From a virus, in the IMG/VR virus record IMGVR_UViG_3300014050_000003, positions 1 to 64,000 of that record: DNA of 64,000 nt; one strand, given 5' to 3'. The translations under genes were made by a program, and so were the position numbers. Shown piece by piece: positions 21,572 through 31,626 of the stretch (position 1 is its first letter; each line of letters opens with the position of its first letter). Under the pieces are notes generated by a model. It ran no database searches. It had not been told where the DNA came from and saw nothing but the letters and a program-made list of their open reading frames with translations.

Positions 21572-23770
21572 TTAGTTTTTGTCAATAAGATTTATGTAAT
21601 TTACAATCTTTGTCATTTCTTTCTTTTCATTGTAATGCCACGCATAAGTATGAGGGACAAATACATCTAGAATTTCGTATCTGGTTTGAATATTCTTTAA
21701 AAGAACATCCAAATCGTAACTTGGATTGACCTTATCGAATTTAATTTCAATTTCAGCCAATTTTAAAAATTCAAGGACTTCGCCAACTTTCTTGAAGTTC
21801 GATTTTGCATAGAACATAACCGCACTTAAATATTGAGCAAACTCTGAATTTTCATTCTTAATCAATTCGTGCAAACCTTTCTTTTGAATTTCTTGCACAA
21901 GATCAGCAAAATTCTCATCTTTATTATTGTGTTCATCCCAATGCGTCTTGTCTGTGATTTGCTGTGATAGTTTAGAATACTCCTTGCGGATTCCATCCTC
22001 AAGATGTTTCCAGAGGTTTGTAAGATTTTTATTTTTATTAATAATCTTTTTCTTGGATTCAAAAGTTTTAGATTTGATTCCATAAATATCTGGAAGTTTC
22101 TGACCAGTAAGTTCTTCATACTTATCAAGAATATCTTTGAAAGTTCCATTCCTAAATTCGTGTTCTTTTCCTTGTGCTTGGAAGTTATTAATCTCTACAT
22201 AGATAGCAGTATCATTAGCAAGATCAATAGTCATAGTTTCCCAATTAGAAGATTTTGTTCCCCAATTTCTAGCGTCTTTACGATTAAATCTAAAAATTTG
22301 AGAGGAATGTTTTGGATTCTTATTCGCTACAACACTATTTCCAGAATTAATTTTCTGAATAGTAATCTTCTCGTAATCAGAAAGATTCAAATAATTTTCA
22401 TTAATAAGACCAAGTTCCTTGTCAAAGGTATCTTTAGTTGCTTGATCTGCAAATGTAAATACATAAGCACCATCAATTTGATCTCCTAGTTCATTCCATA
22501 GAGTAGCAAGACGATGAGTTACTCCCATAGCTGAACCAGTATCATTAACTAGAATCTTGTGCGTCTTTTCGCAGAGAATCCTTTTTTGTTCATTCTCTGA
22601 ATTTAATTTTGAGCTTCTGCGAGACTTCTGGTAAAACTTTGAAGTCAATTTACCATTCTCTAGCATCTTTGCAATCTTATCATTGAAATCAATATGATTA
22701 TCACTAATAGTTTTATTGTTCCAATTTACTTTGTTGCTTAAAGCATTACGAACAATATAACCTAAACTACCATAAGTTCCAAAGACTTCATTATAAAGAG
22801 CTTTTACATCATAGATGTTCGTAGCATCTTTAAATTGTTGAGAGATACATTCTGCCATCTCTTTCTTAATCTTACGAAACTTTTCTCTGATAGCTTTCCT
22901 AGTCTTTTCGGTATATTCTAGATTCTCACGGCTTGCAGTAATATCAAGTTCGCCAAGATCAAACTCAACTTCAAATCCTTGAGAACAAATACTTTGTTCA
23001 TCAGAATCTTCTTTGAATTGCACATCGCTAGTATCAATAGGATAACCAACTCCCATAATAGCAACAGATTCAGAACCATATTGAGAATTTCTATAATAAG
23101 CCCAACCATTACCTTGAAATACTGGTGTGCGATCATAGATTTCAGACAAATCTTCTTTTCTTGCACCTTTGATAACTGGCTTGTTCTTAAAATACTTAAA
23201 CAAGTTTTTAGCAGTATATAAGAAGGTTTCAGTATCTTCTTCTTTAATTGGAACAGAAATTAATACGCCAGTAGGCTCAGAAGATTTTTCTTCCTTGAGC
23301 TTAACAATCTTACCAATTTTAGTTTCATCAATAAAAGCGTTGTAAGTAGTTTTCTTACCATCGTGATAAGAAATCAAAACAAAGTTATCACCATAGCTGA
23401 ATGGTGCAAACTTACCAATCCCATAATATCCAATAGCAGAATTACTATTGCGTTTGGTAGACTCACCATAATAACAATAAAGATTCTTAATATCATCAGC
23501 AGAAAGACCATTACCAAAATCTCTGATAGTTAAAGTAGGGTCTAGCTTGGTAGGAAGTTTAACTTCGATAGGACGCTTGCTTTTCGCTTCGATGTTAGCG
23601 TCTTGTGCATTACAAGAAATTTCACGCAAAACTGCGAGAGGCTTGTTAGAATACAACTGATTACGAAGGATGTTAAAGATATAAGGAAGTCCAGATTGCT
23701 TGATTCCAAAACTTACGGACTCAAAACTATCAGACTCGACTACATTGATTGGTTGTTCGATTAATTTCAT
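21572..23770 (-). CDS. rIIA: rIIA-like protein (N-terminal GHKL/HATPase)
   Basis: LYSNKPLAVLREI.CNA.DA, IRDFG.GLS, YGESTKRNSN..IG.YGIG, FDLGEL.IT.SRE.L.Y. Confidence 0.88.
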   Translation of the reverse strand: MKLIEQPINVVESDSFESVSFGIKQSGLPYIFNILRNQLYSNKPLAVLREISCNAQDANIEAKSKRPIEVKLPTKLDPTLTIRDFGNGLSADDIKNLYCYYGESTKRNSNSAIGYYGIGKFAPFSYGDNFVLISYHDGKKTTYNAFIDETKIGKIVKLKEEKSSEPTGVLISVPIKEEDTETFLYTAKNLFKYFKNKPVIKGARKEDLSEIYDRTPVFQGNGWAYYRNSQYGSESVAIMGVGYPIDTSDVQFKEDSDEQSICSQGFEVEFDLGELDITASRENLEYTEKTRKAIREKFRKIKKEMAECISQQFKDATNIYDVKALYNEVFGTYGSLGYIVRNALSNKVNWNNKTISDNHIDFNDKIAKMLENGKLTSKFYQKSRRSSKLNSENEQKRILCEKTHKILVNDTGSAMGVTHRLATLWNELGDQIDGAYVFTFADQATKDTFDKELGLINENYLNLSDYEKITIQKINSGNSVVANKNPKHSSQIFRFNRKDARNWGTKSSNWETMTIDLANDTAIYVEINNFQAQGKEHEFRNGTFKDILDKYEELTGQKLPDIYGIKSKTFESKKKIINKNKNLTNLWKHLEDGIRKEYSKLSQQITDKTHWDEHNNKDENFADLVQEIQKKGLHELIKNENSEFAQYLSAVMFYAKSNFKKVGEVLEFLKLAEIEIKFDKVNPSYDLDVLLKNIQTRYEILDVFVPHTYAWHYNEKKEMTKIVNYINLIDKN

Positions 23771-23813
23771 ATATTGAATTTAAATTAAATTTAAAATGAA
23801 GTCAAATAATATT

Positions 23814-24926
23814 TTATTCGTAGCTATCTCGGTCAATGTTAATGACATAAGGAAATCTTGGCACTTCATCTGGCGTATAATTAAAGAATTTAATGGTAGC
23901 TTTCTTGCCCACTAATTCATTTCTTTGTTTATAAAGTTCTTTAAGATAACCAAAATCACCTTTGATGTTGCTCTTAAAGTATTTGCCTTTAGCATTTGTA
24001 AATTCCATATAACCAGCAGTTCCTTTGCGGTTGCCTTCGCCTTCTTTAACTCCTTTAATTACAAATTCAGCATCCATAAACTCTTTTCTTTTAAGAAGAA
24101 ATTTACTACGCTTATTTTCGTAAGGTCTATTTAGTCTAATCATTTGACCTTCATATCCGTGTTCTACATACATTTCGTATGATTGAGTAAGTTCTTCTTC
24201 ATTACTAATTTTTAAAGTTGTAACAACAACAATACTGCTATATTTTCTTTTAGATAGAGCATTTGAAACTGCTTCGTATCTCTCGTAAAATAAATCTTTT
24301 TCATTTAACAAACCAATTTTAGGTGCATCATAAACCCAATACTGAATACTATCAGCACTTTCCTCTAGCTCTGCATCAGTAGGTTTAGTTCTTTTTACAA
24401 GAGAACAAATCTTATTAAAATCATTAGCAAACTTATCACAATATAGCTCACCATCAAGAATTGCATTAGGATAATCTTTAAAGAATAAATCGAGATTCTG
24501 GCGAATGTGTGGTGCAGAAATAATCTTCTTGCCATTTCTGCTAAACATTCCATCTTTTGTTACAATACAACGAATACCATCAAGTTTGGGTTGGCTATAA
24601 ACTGGATAAGCAATTTCGTGATCTTCATACTTTTGTGCGAGCATTGGCTCAAAATATTGTTTCTTATTAATATCTTTTATATCTTCAAAATAACCAGATT
24701 CAAGTTTTTGCTTACGCTTTGCTTCTGCTTCTTTTAATGCTTGCTCACTTGCAGAGGTAGCATTTGCACGACCAGTATTTTTAGCTTTGCAATCTGTCCA
24801 TTCATTAGTAATCTTTTCGCCATCTGTTTGACCAGAAATTGTGCGGTATTGATTTCTTTTAACTTCAATAGTCCATTCTTGGACTTTGCCAGTTTTAGTC
24901 TTTTTATAAATTGTAGGTAACTTCAT
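23814..24926 (-). CDS. ATP-dependent DNA ligase
   Basis: PMLA, QPKLDGIRC (KxDG), LDGELY, GYEGQMIR, YENKRSKFLLKRK, PRFP motifs. Confidence 0.95.
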   Translation of the reverse strand: MKLPTIYKKTKTGKVQEWTIEVKRNQYRTISGQTDGEKITNEWTDCKAKNTGRANATSASEQALKEAEAKRKQKLESGYFEDIKDINKKQYFEPMLAQKYEDHEIAYPVYSQPKLDGIRCIVTKDGMFSRNGKKIISAPHIRQNLDLFFKDYPNAILDGELYCDKFANDFNKICSLVKRTKPTDAELEESADSIQYWVYDAPKIGLLNEKDLFYERYEAVSNALSKRKYSSIVVVTTLKISNEEELTQSYEMYVEHGYEGQMIRLNRPYENKRSKFLLKRKEFMDAEFVIKGVKEGEGNRKGTAGYMEFTNAKGKYFKSNIKGDFGYLKELYKQRNELVGKKATIKFFNYTPDEVPRFPYVINIDRDSYE

Positions 24927-24957
24927 AGTCTCAGTTTATACTGGACTAGCCAACTTG

Positions 24958-25149
24958 TCAAATTTTGTTTTTTTTTGATTTAGAAGGAGTTGCAACTTTT
25001 AACAAACTCCAAGTCCCATCTTTATTATCGTGCCAATCAATCGTATCACCGATTTTCCATCCCATTTTTTTCATTAAAGAATTTGGTAATTCAATGTATT
25101 GATAACCATTTTCTTCTTTTACTTCAATTTTAATAGGTTTTTTCTTCAT
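24958..25149 (-). CDS. AbrB/MazE/SpoVT-like DNA-binding protein
   Basis: YIELP..LM..MGWKIGDTIDW pattern. Confidence 0.65.
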   Translation of the reverse strand: MKKKPIKIEVKEENGYQYIELPNSLMKKMGWKIGDTIDWHDNKDGTWSLLKVATPSKSKKNKI

Positions 25150-25814
25150 TTTAAATTTGTAATAGATTCTAAGTTATCAAATAAACTTAATTTTCTAGCT
25201 CTTTCTTGAGGAGTATCGTTCAAAAGACGAAATTCTTCTAAGTTTAATTCTCTTATTTTATCATTGTATGCTTGACCTGCTTCATCTTCTGATTGAAAAT
25301 GACCTAAAGTTAATTGTATTGATTTAGAATTATTATACAAAGGATGATTTTTGGGAATAACTACTCTTGTTCTCCAAACTTTTCCACTTTTAAATTTTAT
25401 AAGTTTTTCGCAAAAACTAACTCCTATATACTTTGATGAAGTTTTTTTATTTTTTACATATTTTAATTTTCTTCTATATCCTCTATTGTTTTCTAAACTA
25501 ACTCCTCTTAAATTATTAATGTTATTATTTAATGGGTCAAAATCTATATGGTCTATTTCTTCTGGTAAATATCTATGCTTATGATAAAATAATATATTAT
25601 GCAATAATAATCGAATTACTCTGCCATTACGACTATAATTTATTTGATAATATTTATTTTTACCAGTTAATTGAAGAATATATGTGTGACCAGTATTTCT
25701 TCTAGCAACTGATTGTTTTTCTAAATCTACTATAAGTTCTTCATCCATTAAATCTGCGGTAGGCCAAAGTGCTGTTAAACGCCTAAACTTACATTCTTTT
25801 TTATTTTTTTTCAT
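25146..25814 (-). CDS. Free-standing HNH homing endonuclease with AP2-like C-terminus
   Basis: IDHID.DPLNN.INNLR; SSKYIGVS...W...LG.F.SE.EA..AYN. Confidence 0.85.
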   Translation of the reverse strand: MKKNKKECKFRRLTALWPTADLMDEELIVDLEKQSVARRNTGHTYILQLTGKNKYYQINYSRNGRVIRLLLHNILFYHKHRYLPEEIDHIDFDPLNNNINNLRGVSLENNRGYRRKLKYVKNKKTSSKYIGVSFCEKLIKFKSGKVWRTRVVIPKNHPLYNNSKSIQLTLGHFQSEDEAGQAYNDKIRELNLEEFRLLNDTPQERARKLSLFDNLESITNLK

Positions 25815-26458
25815 CTTGGAGTTAAAATTTTTACAACTTTTCTAATACCTTTCCATTGTAACCAATTTAACAATCTTATAATAAGATTAATACTTTTATG
25901 AAGTTTCCATTCAATAAGATTCATAGTCTTAACATAATATTTAAAATAAAAACTATAAACTGGACAACGCATTTTTCTTTCGTGTTTTTCTAATTCTACT
26001 TGTAATTTAATATCAGCTTCTATTCTGTCTTTAGATGAATGACGATCAACTGGAGTAATAAGTGACATTTCTTCTACTAAACCTTTGACTACAACACACT
26101 TCCAATCTGGAAAAAGATCATTATCAAAAATATGTTTTCCTCTAATATAGCAACCAAAAATAATTGTTCCAGTAAAATCATCTCTCAAGACTTCTTCTTC
26201 GCTATCTTTTACCCATTTATTTTTATTAAAAAATTCACTAAACTTCGTGCCATCTTTTACATAATCTGGATTATCCTCCCAATGACCAGATTCTTTTAAC
26301 TCAAATAATTTATAATCACGAATAATATAAGTAACCATTGTATTTGGTTCTAAATCTTTTGTTTGAAATTCCTCTTTCTTAAAATCAATATTAAGGGCTT
26401 TTAACTCGTCATTAAGAGGTAAATCTTGTTCGACTTTAATATAATTAAACATTCCCAT
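25811..26458 (-). CDS. Conserved phage hypothetical protein
   Basis: MGMFNYIK...EFQTKDL motif; promoter upstream. Confidence 0.65.
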   Translation of the reverse strand: MGMFNYIKVEQDLPLNDELKALNIDFKKEEFQTKDLEPNTMVTYIIRDYKLFELKESGHWEDNPDYVKDGTKFSEFFNKNKWVKDSEEEVLRDDFTGTIIFGCYIRGKHIFDNDLFPDWKCVVVKGLVEEMSLITPVDRHSSKDRIEADIKLQVELEKHERKMRCPVYSFYFKYYVKTMNLIEWKLHKSINLIIRLLNWLQWKGIRKVVKILTPR

Positions 26459-26489
26459 ATACTATATACTATATATTATATAAATTTTG

Positions 26490-27449
26490 TCAATTTAAAA
26501 TTTCTCTAGAAATCATATAATCTTCTATATCCTTGACAACGCTATTATCTTTTATGTAGATTTTATTATTATCGTAACCAATAAAAGATTTATTAAAATT
26601 ATATTTTTTAAGTATTTCATGCCTTTCTACATATTTTCTATATTCAATATTTCCGTGCCAATAAACTAAAATTTGTTGATTTATAAATGATAATTTACAA
26701 TTTTCAAATTGTTGATAATATTTCCATAAATTTTCTGCGTATTCATCAGAATAAGTAATATTAATTTTTTTATATAGTTTTACATCTTCCTCGTTAAATA
26801 ATTGGCTTGCAGAATGAGCTATAACTTTATCTCCTCCACCAATTAAATTAATATCCCATAATTGATTTATTTTATTAAAAAATTTTTTATTAATTGCCCA
26901 AGCAAATCCACAATGCCCTTTAGTGCCTATGTATGGATTAGGCGATTCTATATTTAATAATTGAAAAGGTAATTTTTTATTTAAAATACTATTTGCATAT
27001 CCAACATAGAATTTTTCTATTTTTTGTTTTTTTAAATTCAAAGATTGTTCAAACATTAATGCAAAATCAAACATTTGAACTAAATCAAAAACATTTAAAC
27101 TATCTATTGTTTTCTCTACCCAATCATTTTGTCTAAAAATAATATCTGCATCTAGCCAGCAAAGATATTTCCAATCTTGGGGCAATTCGTTTTTAATCGC
27201 TAAATTTATTAGATTTTCTTTTATCCATATCTTTTGATTGTAATAATATTTTTTATGTTTAAAAATTTTACTTGAAAAATCTGGCAAAGAATTTATATTA
27301 TCTACAATTCCTTCGACTAAAACAATTTTTAAATTTTTAATGTCTTTATATTTATTTAAAAATATATTTAAACCTTCAATTCTTTTTTTATTGTTGAAAA
27401 AATTATAATATGGTATAACTGCATATAATATATCCATATATATTACCAA
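26490..27449 (-). CDS. GT-A fold glycosyltransferase-like protein (paralogue of 32593-33597)
   Basis: W.KENLINLAI, WLDADIIF (DxD), GH.GFAWA, IGGGD, YWHG....R.Y.ERH. Confidence 0.7.
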   Translation of the reverse strand: MVIYMDILYAVIPYYNFFNNKKRIEGLNIFLNKYKDIKNLKIVLVEGIVDNINSLPDFSSKIFKHKKYYYNQKIWIKENLINLAIKNELPQDWKYLCWLDADIIFRQNDWVEKTIDSLNVFDLVQMFDFALMFEQSLNLKKQKIEKFYVGYANSILNKKLPFQLLNIESPNPYIGTKGHCGFAWAINKKFFNKINQLWDINLIGGGDKVIAHSASQLFNEEDVKLYKKINITYSDEYAENLWKYYQQFENCKLSFINQQILVYWHGNIEYRKYVERHEILKKYNFNKSFIGYDNNKIYIKDNSVVKDIEDYMISREILN

Positions 27450-27521
27450 TGATGAATTGCATTTATAATAAGCACAATATTAGCTATTACGCCTAAAATA
27501 ACCACAAACATTTCATATACT

Positions 27522-27872
27522 TTATGATTCATAAAATTTCTCCAAATATTTTAAAGCATTTTTTACTCCTTGTAAAGAATCATTTAATCTTCCTATACCT
27601 AAATTACAATTTTGGCATAACCAGCCACGAAAAGTATCAGTAATATGACAATGATCTAATATTAATTTTTTATCTGTTCTTCCACAACAATCACAAGGAG
27701 TTCCTATTTGTGGTCTTTCTTTTTTTCTAAATTTACTAGCAGTTCTTTTCTTTTGATAACTTTTTTCACATTCTATACATTCTGGTCTACGATAATTAAT
27801 TCCTTTACCTTTTGAATGAAGCCTAAAATCTGTAATAGGTTTTGAAACTTTACATTTTACGCAAACTTTCAT
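27522..27872 (-). CDS. Recombination endonuclease VII-family nuclease
   Basis: C.CC, LDHCH.T..FRGWLC..CN..IG...D motif plus an N-terminal zinc finger. Confidence 0.85.
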   Translation of the reverse strand: MKVCVKCKVSKPITDFRLHSKGKGINYRRPECIECEKSYQKKRTASKFRKKERPQIGTPCDCCGRTDKKLILDHCHITDTFRGWLCQNCNLGIGRLNDSLQGVKNALKYLEKFYES

Positions 27873-28765
27873 AATTTAGCAAAAGATTGCTCTTTCATTT
27901 TTAATTCAAAATCAACATCTACATTATGTCCGTATGTTTCTGGCAAACGAGTTGCATAATCGGCGTGTTTTCTAGGATTTTTGTGACCATCAATACTTTC
28001 AGAATAATGAAATAATGGAATATGATTACCCCAAGTAATTCGTGCAAGATGAAATGCTTGTTCCTCTGATAGATCATCTGGATGACATTTGTGATGAAGA
28101 TAATCAAAAGTAATAGGAATATTAGATACAGAATGAAAATACTTCATAAGTTTCTTGACTGACCAGCAAGTATCTTTATCGTCATTTTCTATAACTAATC
28201 TAGACTTAACATCATCTGATAGTCTTTGAAAGTTACTCATAAACTTTTTTACTACATCATTTAGATTGCTTTTGGAATTATGTATGTGCATATTCATAGG
28301 TGCATCATAGTTAAGTGGACAACCAATCTGCGTCATAAACCAACCATAGTGATTTAATTCTTTGATTGTTTTATCTACCGCATTGTCATTATCACTAGCA
28401 AGAACATTAAATTCAGAGGGATGGCAAGAAACTCTTGCGTTCTTGGATTGAATTAGATTCTTGATATTATTAAATTGGTTTAATATTCTCTCATAGTCTG
28501 GCAAATCTTGTAATGATACATTTGCCTTGTCATAAGTAATAAGAGGAAATAGATCAGAAGAAATTCTGTAAGTGTGATTATGGTCTGCACAATACTTTAT
28601 ATATTGATATGTAACAATCATATTGTTAAGGATTCTAGAAGATAGAGCAGATATAGCTTCTTTTCTATCCATAGACGAGAAACGAGCATAAGTCATAGTA
28701 TTGAACTTGATAGGGTTATCTTGTTCAGCAAGACTTAAAACAATACAACAAACTCCTTTTCTCAT
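27869..28765 (-). CDS. uvsE: UV damage endonuclease
   Basis: YRISSDLFP, R.S.HP.EF.VLAS, RLVIENDDK, PITFD..HH, P.FHYSE, HADY, E.K.KE. Confidence 0.9.
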   Translation of the reverse strand: MRKGVCCIVLSLAEQDNPIKFNTMTYARFSSMDRKEAISALSSRILNNMIVTYQYIKYCADHNHTYRISSDLFPLITYDKANVSLQDLPDYERILNQFNNIKNLIQSKNARVSCHPSEFNVLASDNDNAVDKTIKELNHYGWFMTQIGCPLNYDAPMNMHIHNSKSNLNDVVKKFMSNFQRLSDDVKSRLVIENDDKDTCWSVKKLMKYFHSVSNIPITFDYLHHKCHPDDLSEEQAFHLARITWGNHIPLFHYSESIDGHKNPRKHADYATRLPETYGHNVDVDFELKMKEQSFAKL

Positions 28766-28810
28766 ACTATGAGTATATTACTCTTTGTCAAATCTGTCAA
28801 TATTTATATA

Positions 28811-28975
28811 TTATTTGTAAATATATGTTGATGAGTTATTTTGTTTTTTTAATTCTTTTTTAATCAACGACTTTTGCTTATCTTCTGACCATTTTATACT
28901 ATCAAAGTTTTGTTTAAACCTATCAGAGAAACAATTTCTTGGTTTATCACCTTTGCCAGCACCTTTATTTGGCAT
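28811..28975 (-). CDS. 54-aa conserved small phage protein
   Basis: Not in the track. MPNKGAGKGDKPRNCFSDRFKQNFDSIKW... matches the GKGDKPR...FD.I.W pattern. Confidence 0.6.
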   Translation of the reverse strand: MPNKGAGKGDKPRNCFSDRFKQNFDSIKWSEDKQKSLIKKELKKQNNSSTYIYK

Positions 28976-29058
28976 TTTTTCGTTCACAAATTGATTCCTT
29001 TATTTGGCATTTTTCTGTTAGCAAATTCATTTATTTGGCATTTTTTCATTAGCAAATT
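28964..29058. repeat. Three degenerate tandem 31-35 bp repeats
   Basis: tttatttggcattttt at 28964, 28999 and 29030, each followed by tt(ca/ag)caaatt. Confidence 0.8.
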
Positions 29059-29353
29059 AACTTTTAAAAGTTTTTACGATTTCATTTACATGATCTTTAA
29101 TATTATTGTAAATATTTATTTCTTTTTGATTAGCTTTTCTTTCTATTTTTGATAAGTCATTAAACTTGTATTCTTTTAACTGATGATGTTTGAAATGATA
29201 TATGGGTTTATTTGACAAAAAATCATTCGTAAATCTGATATATCTAAATGGTAAATCTTCTCCTTGAATCTTATAAAGGGTTCCGAGAGTAGGCTGTTCT
29301 TTTTCTTCTTGTAAAATTCCATCAATGAAATTTAATATTTTAATCCAATTCAT
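29057..29353 (-). CDS. Hypothetical protein
   Basis: 98-aa ORF, co-oriented with neighbours. Confidence 0.6.
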   Translation of the reverse strand: MNWIKILNFIDGILQEEKEQPTLGTLYKIQGEDLPFRYIRFTNDFLSNKPIYHFKHHQLKEYKFNDLSKIERKANQKEINIYNNIKDHVNEIVKTFKS

Positions 29354-29580
29354 ATAATTATTTTTTCTTTCTATGTTTTACTGGTTTCCAAATTTTACCT
29401 TTTTCATCTAATTCAACGCTCCATAGCATAACTTTATTGTAAATTTTAAATCCATAACCATTACAATAATTCATAGTTGTTTTACTTATAAAATCGCCTA
29501 TTGTATATAAAATATAAGAAAGTATATATTTCATAATATGATTATATTATAAATATAAATATTGTCAAGTTTTATAAAAT

Positions 29581-30198
29581 TTATTTTTTACATATAAAGA
29601 AATCGTGAAATGTCATAATTTCATTTGATAAATAAATTTCAGCAAAATACTCTTTAAATAAATTAAAAGCGTCAACTCTTCCATATGTTCTATAATGATC
29701 TCTATATTCTATAGTTTTACGTTTTTCATGTACTTTTTTAATTTTTTCCTCAGACCAAATTTCTGTCTTATCACCATCTATAGGAATACTTATAAAAACT
29801 AAGCCATCTTTTTTAACAATTCTATGTATTTCTTCCAAAGCTTTTCTATCGTCTGGAATATGTTCTAGTACATGAGAACATACAATTATGTCAAAAAAAT
29901 TATCTTTAAAAGAATCCATATCATTTATATCAGTTTTTGAAACATATTCTTTATCTGCATATTTATCTACGCAATGATAAACTTTGCTGCATTTTTTAAT
30001 AAAATTACTTATTGATTTTTCTGGAGCAAAATGTAATATATATTTATTATTCAAAATATTTGTTTCAATAAAATATTTAAATAAATTTCTATGTCTTTTA
30101 CATGAATAACAATTTTTGCATTTAACATCTTCTTTTCCACCTTTGCCGTAAGCTAAAATAAGTTCCCCTCCACATATATTACAAATATTATTTTTCAT
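29581..30198 (-). CDS. Class I SAM-dependent methyltransferase with N-terminal CxxC..CxxC
   Basis: ILHFAPE, FDIIVCSHVLEHIPDD..AL.EI.R..K.DG, H.RTYG. Confidence 0.85.
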   Translation of the reverse strand: MKNNICNICGGELILAYGKGGKEDVKCKNCYSCKRHRNLFKYFIETNILNNKYILHFAPEKSISNFIKKCSKVYHCVDKYADKEYVSKTDINDMDSFKDNFFDIIVCSHVLEHIPDDRKALEEIHRIVKKDGLVFISIPIDGDKTEIWSEEKIKKVHEKRKTIEYRDHYRTYGRVDAFNLFKEYFAEIYLSNEIMTFHDFFICKK

Positions 30199-30994
30199 TT
30201 TTCAAAAAATTTAAAGTCTCTACATCATTAGATATTTCTGCGGCTTTTTTAAATTGTAAATAATTAATAATTTTATCTTCTAATTTATAAATATTAATTT
30301 TTTTATGACGGCCTATTCTTCCATCTTGTTTTTTAAGATTTATAATTGTATTAGGATCTAGTTCGAGAAAATTAAAAATTTTATTAAAACATTCATTAAA
30401 ATTTTCAGTAAGTTCTTCGTATGTTATGTGAAGGCATGGTAAATTATATTTTTTAATATTTGAAAGTATTTTTTTATCAATTTTTTCTGTATTAATTTTA
30501 TATTTAATAAATTCATTATAATCAATGTTTATAGGATTTAATTTAAAAATATTATTAGATTCTTTATGATTATGTGAAGAATTTACACATCCAATTTTTA
30601 AAGCTGTTTTTAAAGATATAAATCTTAATAATTTATTATTTCTAGTTAAAAATATAATTCTGGCATTTTTTTCATAAAGAAATTTAAAATAATCGGGTAT
30701 TTCTACAAAACTAGAAGGATGTGCTCTAAATCCAAAAATTTTTTGAAATGTTTTTTTTCTTGAAAGTATAGAATATGCTAATTTAATAATAAGATTGCCT
30801 TTTTTTCCACTACGAAATTGTAATCGTTTTTTAGCGTCATTATATTCGTTAGTTTTACCAAAACTTGAATATTTTTCTAAACTAGATAATGAGAAAAATA
30901 AAATATTTTTTTGTCTTGAAAGTGCAGTTGATAAAAGAGTAGATCCAGATCTATGTTGAGCAATAACAATGAAAAAATTGAAAGGAATTTTCAT
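30188..30994 (-). CDS. Sulfotransferase (Stf0-like)
   Basis: AQHRSGSTLL PAPS loop; IIFLTR.N.L..FIS; ITYEEL. Confidence 0.75.
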   Translation of the reverse strand: MKIPFNFFIVIAQHRSGSTLLSTALSRQKNILFFSLSSLEKYSSFGKTNEYNDAKKRLQFRSGKKGNLIIKLAYSILSRKKTFQKIFGFRAHPSSFVEIPDYFKFLYEKNARIIFLTRNNKLLRFISLKTALKIGCVNSSHNHKESNNIFKLNPINIDYNEFIKYKINTEKIDKKILSNIKKYNLPCLHITYEELTENFNECFNKIFNFLELDPNTIINLKKQDGRIGRHKKINIYKLEDKIINYLQFKKAAEISNDVETLNFLKNEK

Positions 30995-31626
30995 TTTTTA
31001 CATATAAAAAAATCATTAGATGTCATTTTTTGATTATTTGAAAATGATATTTCATTAAAATATTTTTTTAATAAATTAATCAAATCTATTTGTCCGTAAG
31101 TTCTGTAATGTCCTTCATATTTGCCAGTAAGCCCCCAAGTATTATCTTTTTTTTGTTTATTTATATCTTCTTCTGTCCAAATATAAGTAAATAAAGACTT
31201 TTCTTGTAAAGGAACTGATATAAAAGCTAAACCATCGGGTTTTAAAACTCTTTTAATTTCTGAAATAGCTTTAATATCATCTAAAATATGCTCCAGTACA
31301 TGAAAACATATAATTATATCAAAAGTATTATCGCTAAATATAGTTAAATCAGTTATATCATCTTTTGATACGAATGTTCTATTTGGATCTTTATCTATAG
31401 AATAATATCTTTTGCTTTCATTTTTTATTAATTTAAATAAACATTTACTTGGAGCAATATCTAAAATAGTTTTATCATTTAATAAATTTTTATTTAATAT
31501 AAATTTTATAAAATTTCTATGTCTTTCTAATGATTTGCATTCTGGACATTTTCTATTTGGAATTTTTCTATGTGAAAGAAATATACCGCTATATCCACAT
31601 ATATCACAAATTAGGTAATCTTTCAT
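30991..31626 (-). CDS. Class I SAM-dependent methyltransferase (paralogue of 29581-30198)
   Basis: CP.C.SLERHR, LDIAP, FDIIICFHVLEHI.DD, HYRTYG, DFFICKK. Confidence 0.85.
   Translation of the reverse strand: MKDYLICDICGYSGIFLSHRKIPNRKCPECKSLERHRNFIKFILNKNLLNDKTILDIAPSKCLFKLIKNESKRYYSIDKDPNRTFVSKDDITDLTIFSDNTFDIIICFHVLEHILDDIKAISEIKRVLKPDGLAFISVPLQEKSLFTYIWTEEDINKQKKDNTWGLTGKYEGHYRTYGQIDLINLLKKYFNEISFSNNQKMTSNDFFICKK

Noticed and set aside
24958-25149. MazE-MazF toxin-antitoxin module
   Set aside because: The AbrB-like gene is flanked by the ligase and HNH genes, with no recognisable toxin partner.
28964-29058. Mini CRISPR array
   Set aside because: Only three degenerate units of 31-35 bp period, no unique spacers of CRISPR length, and no cas genes.
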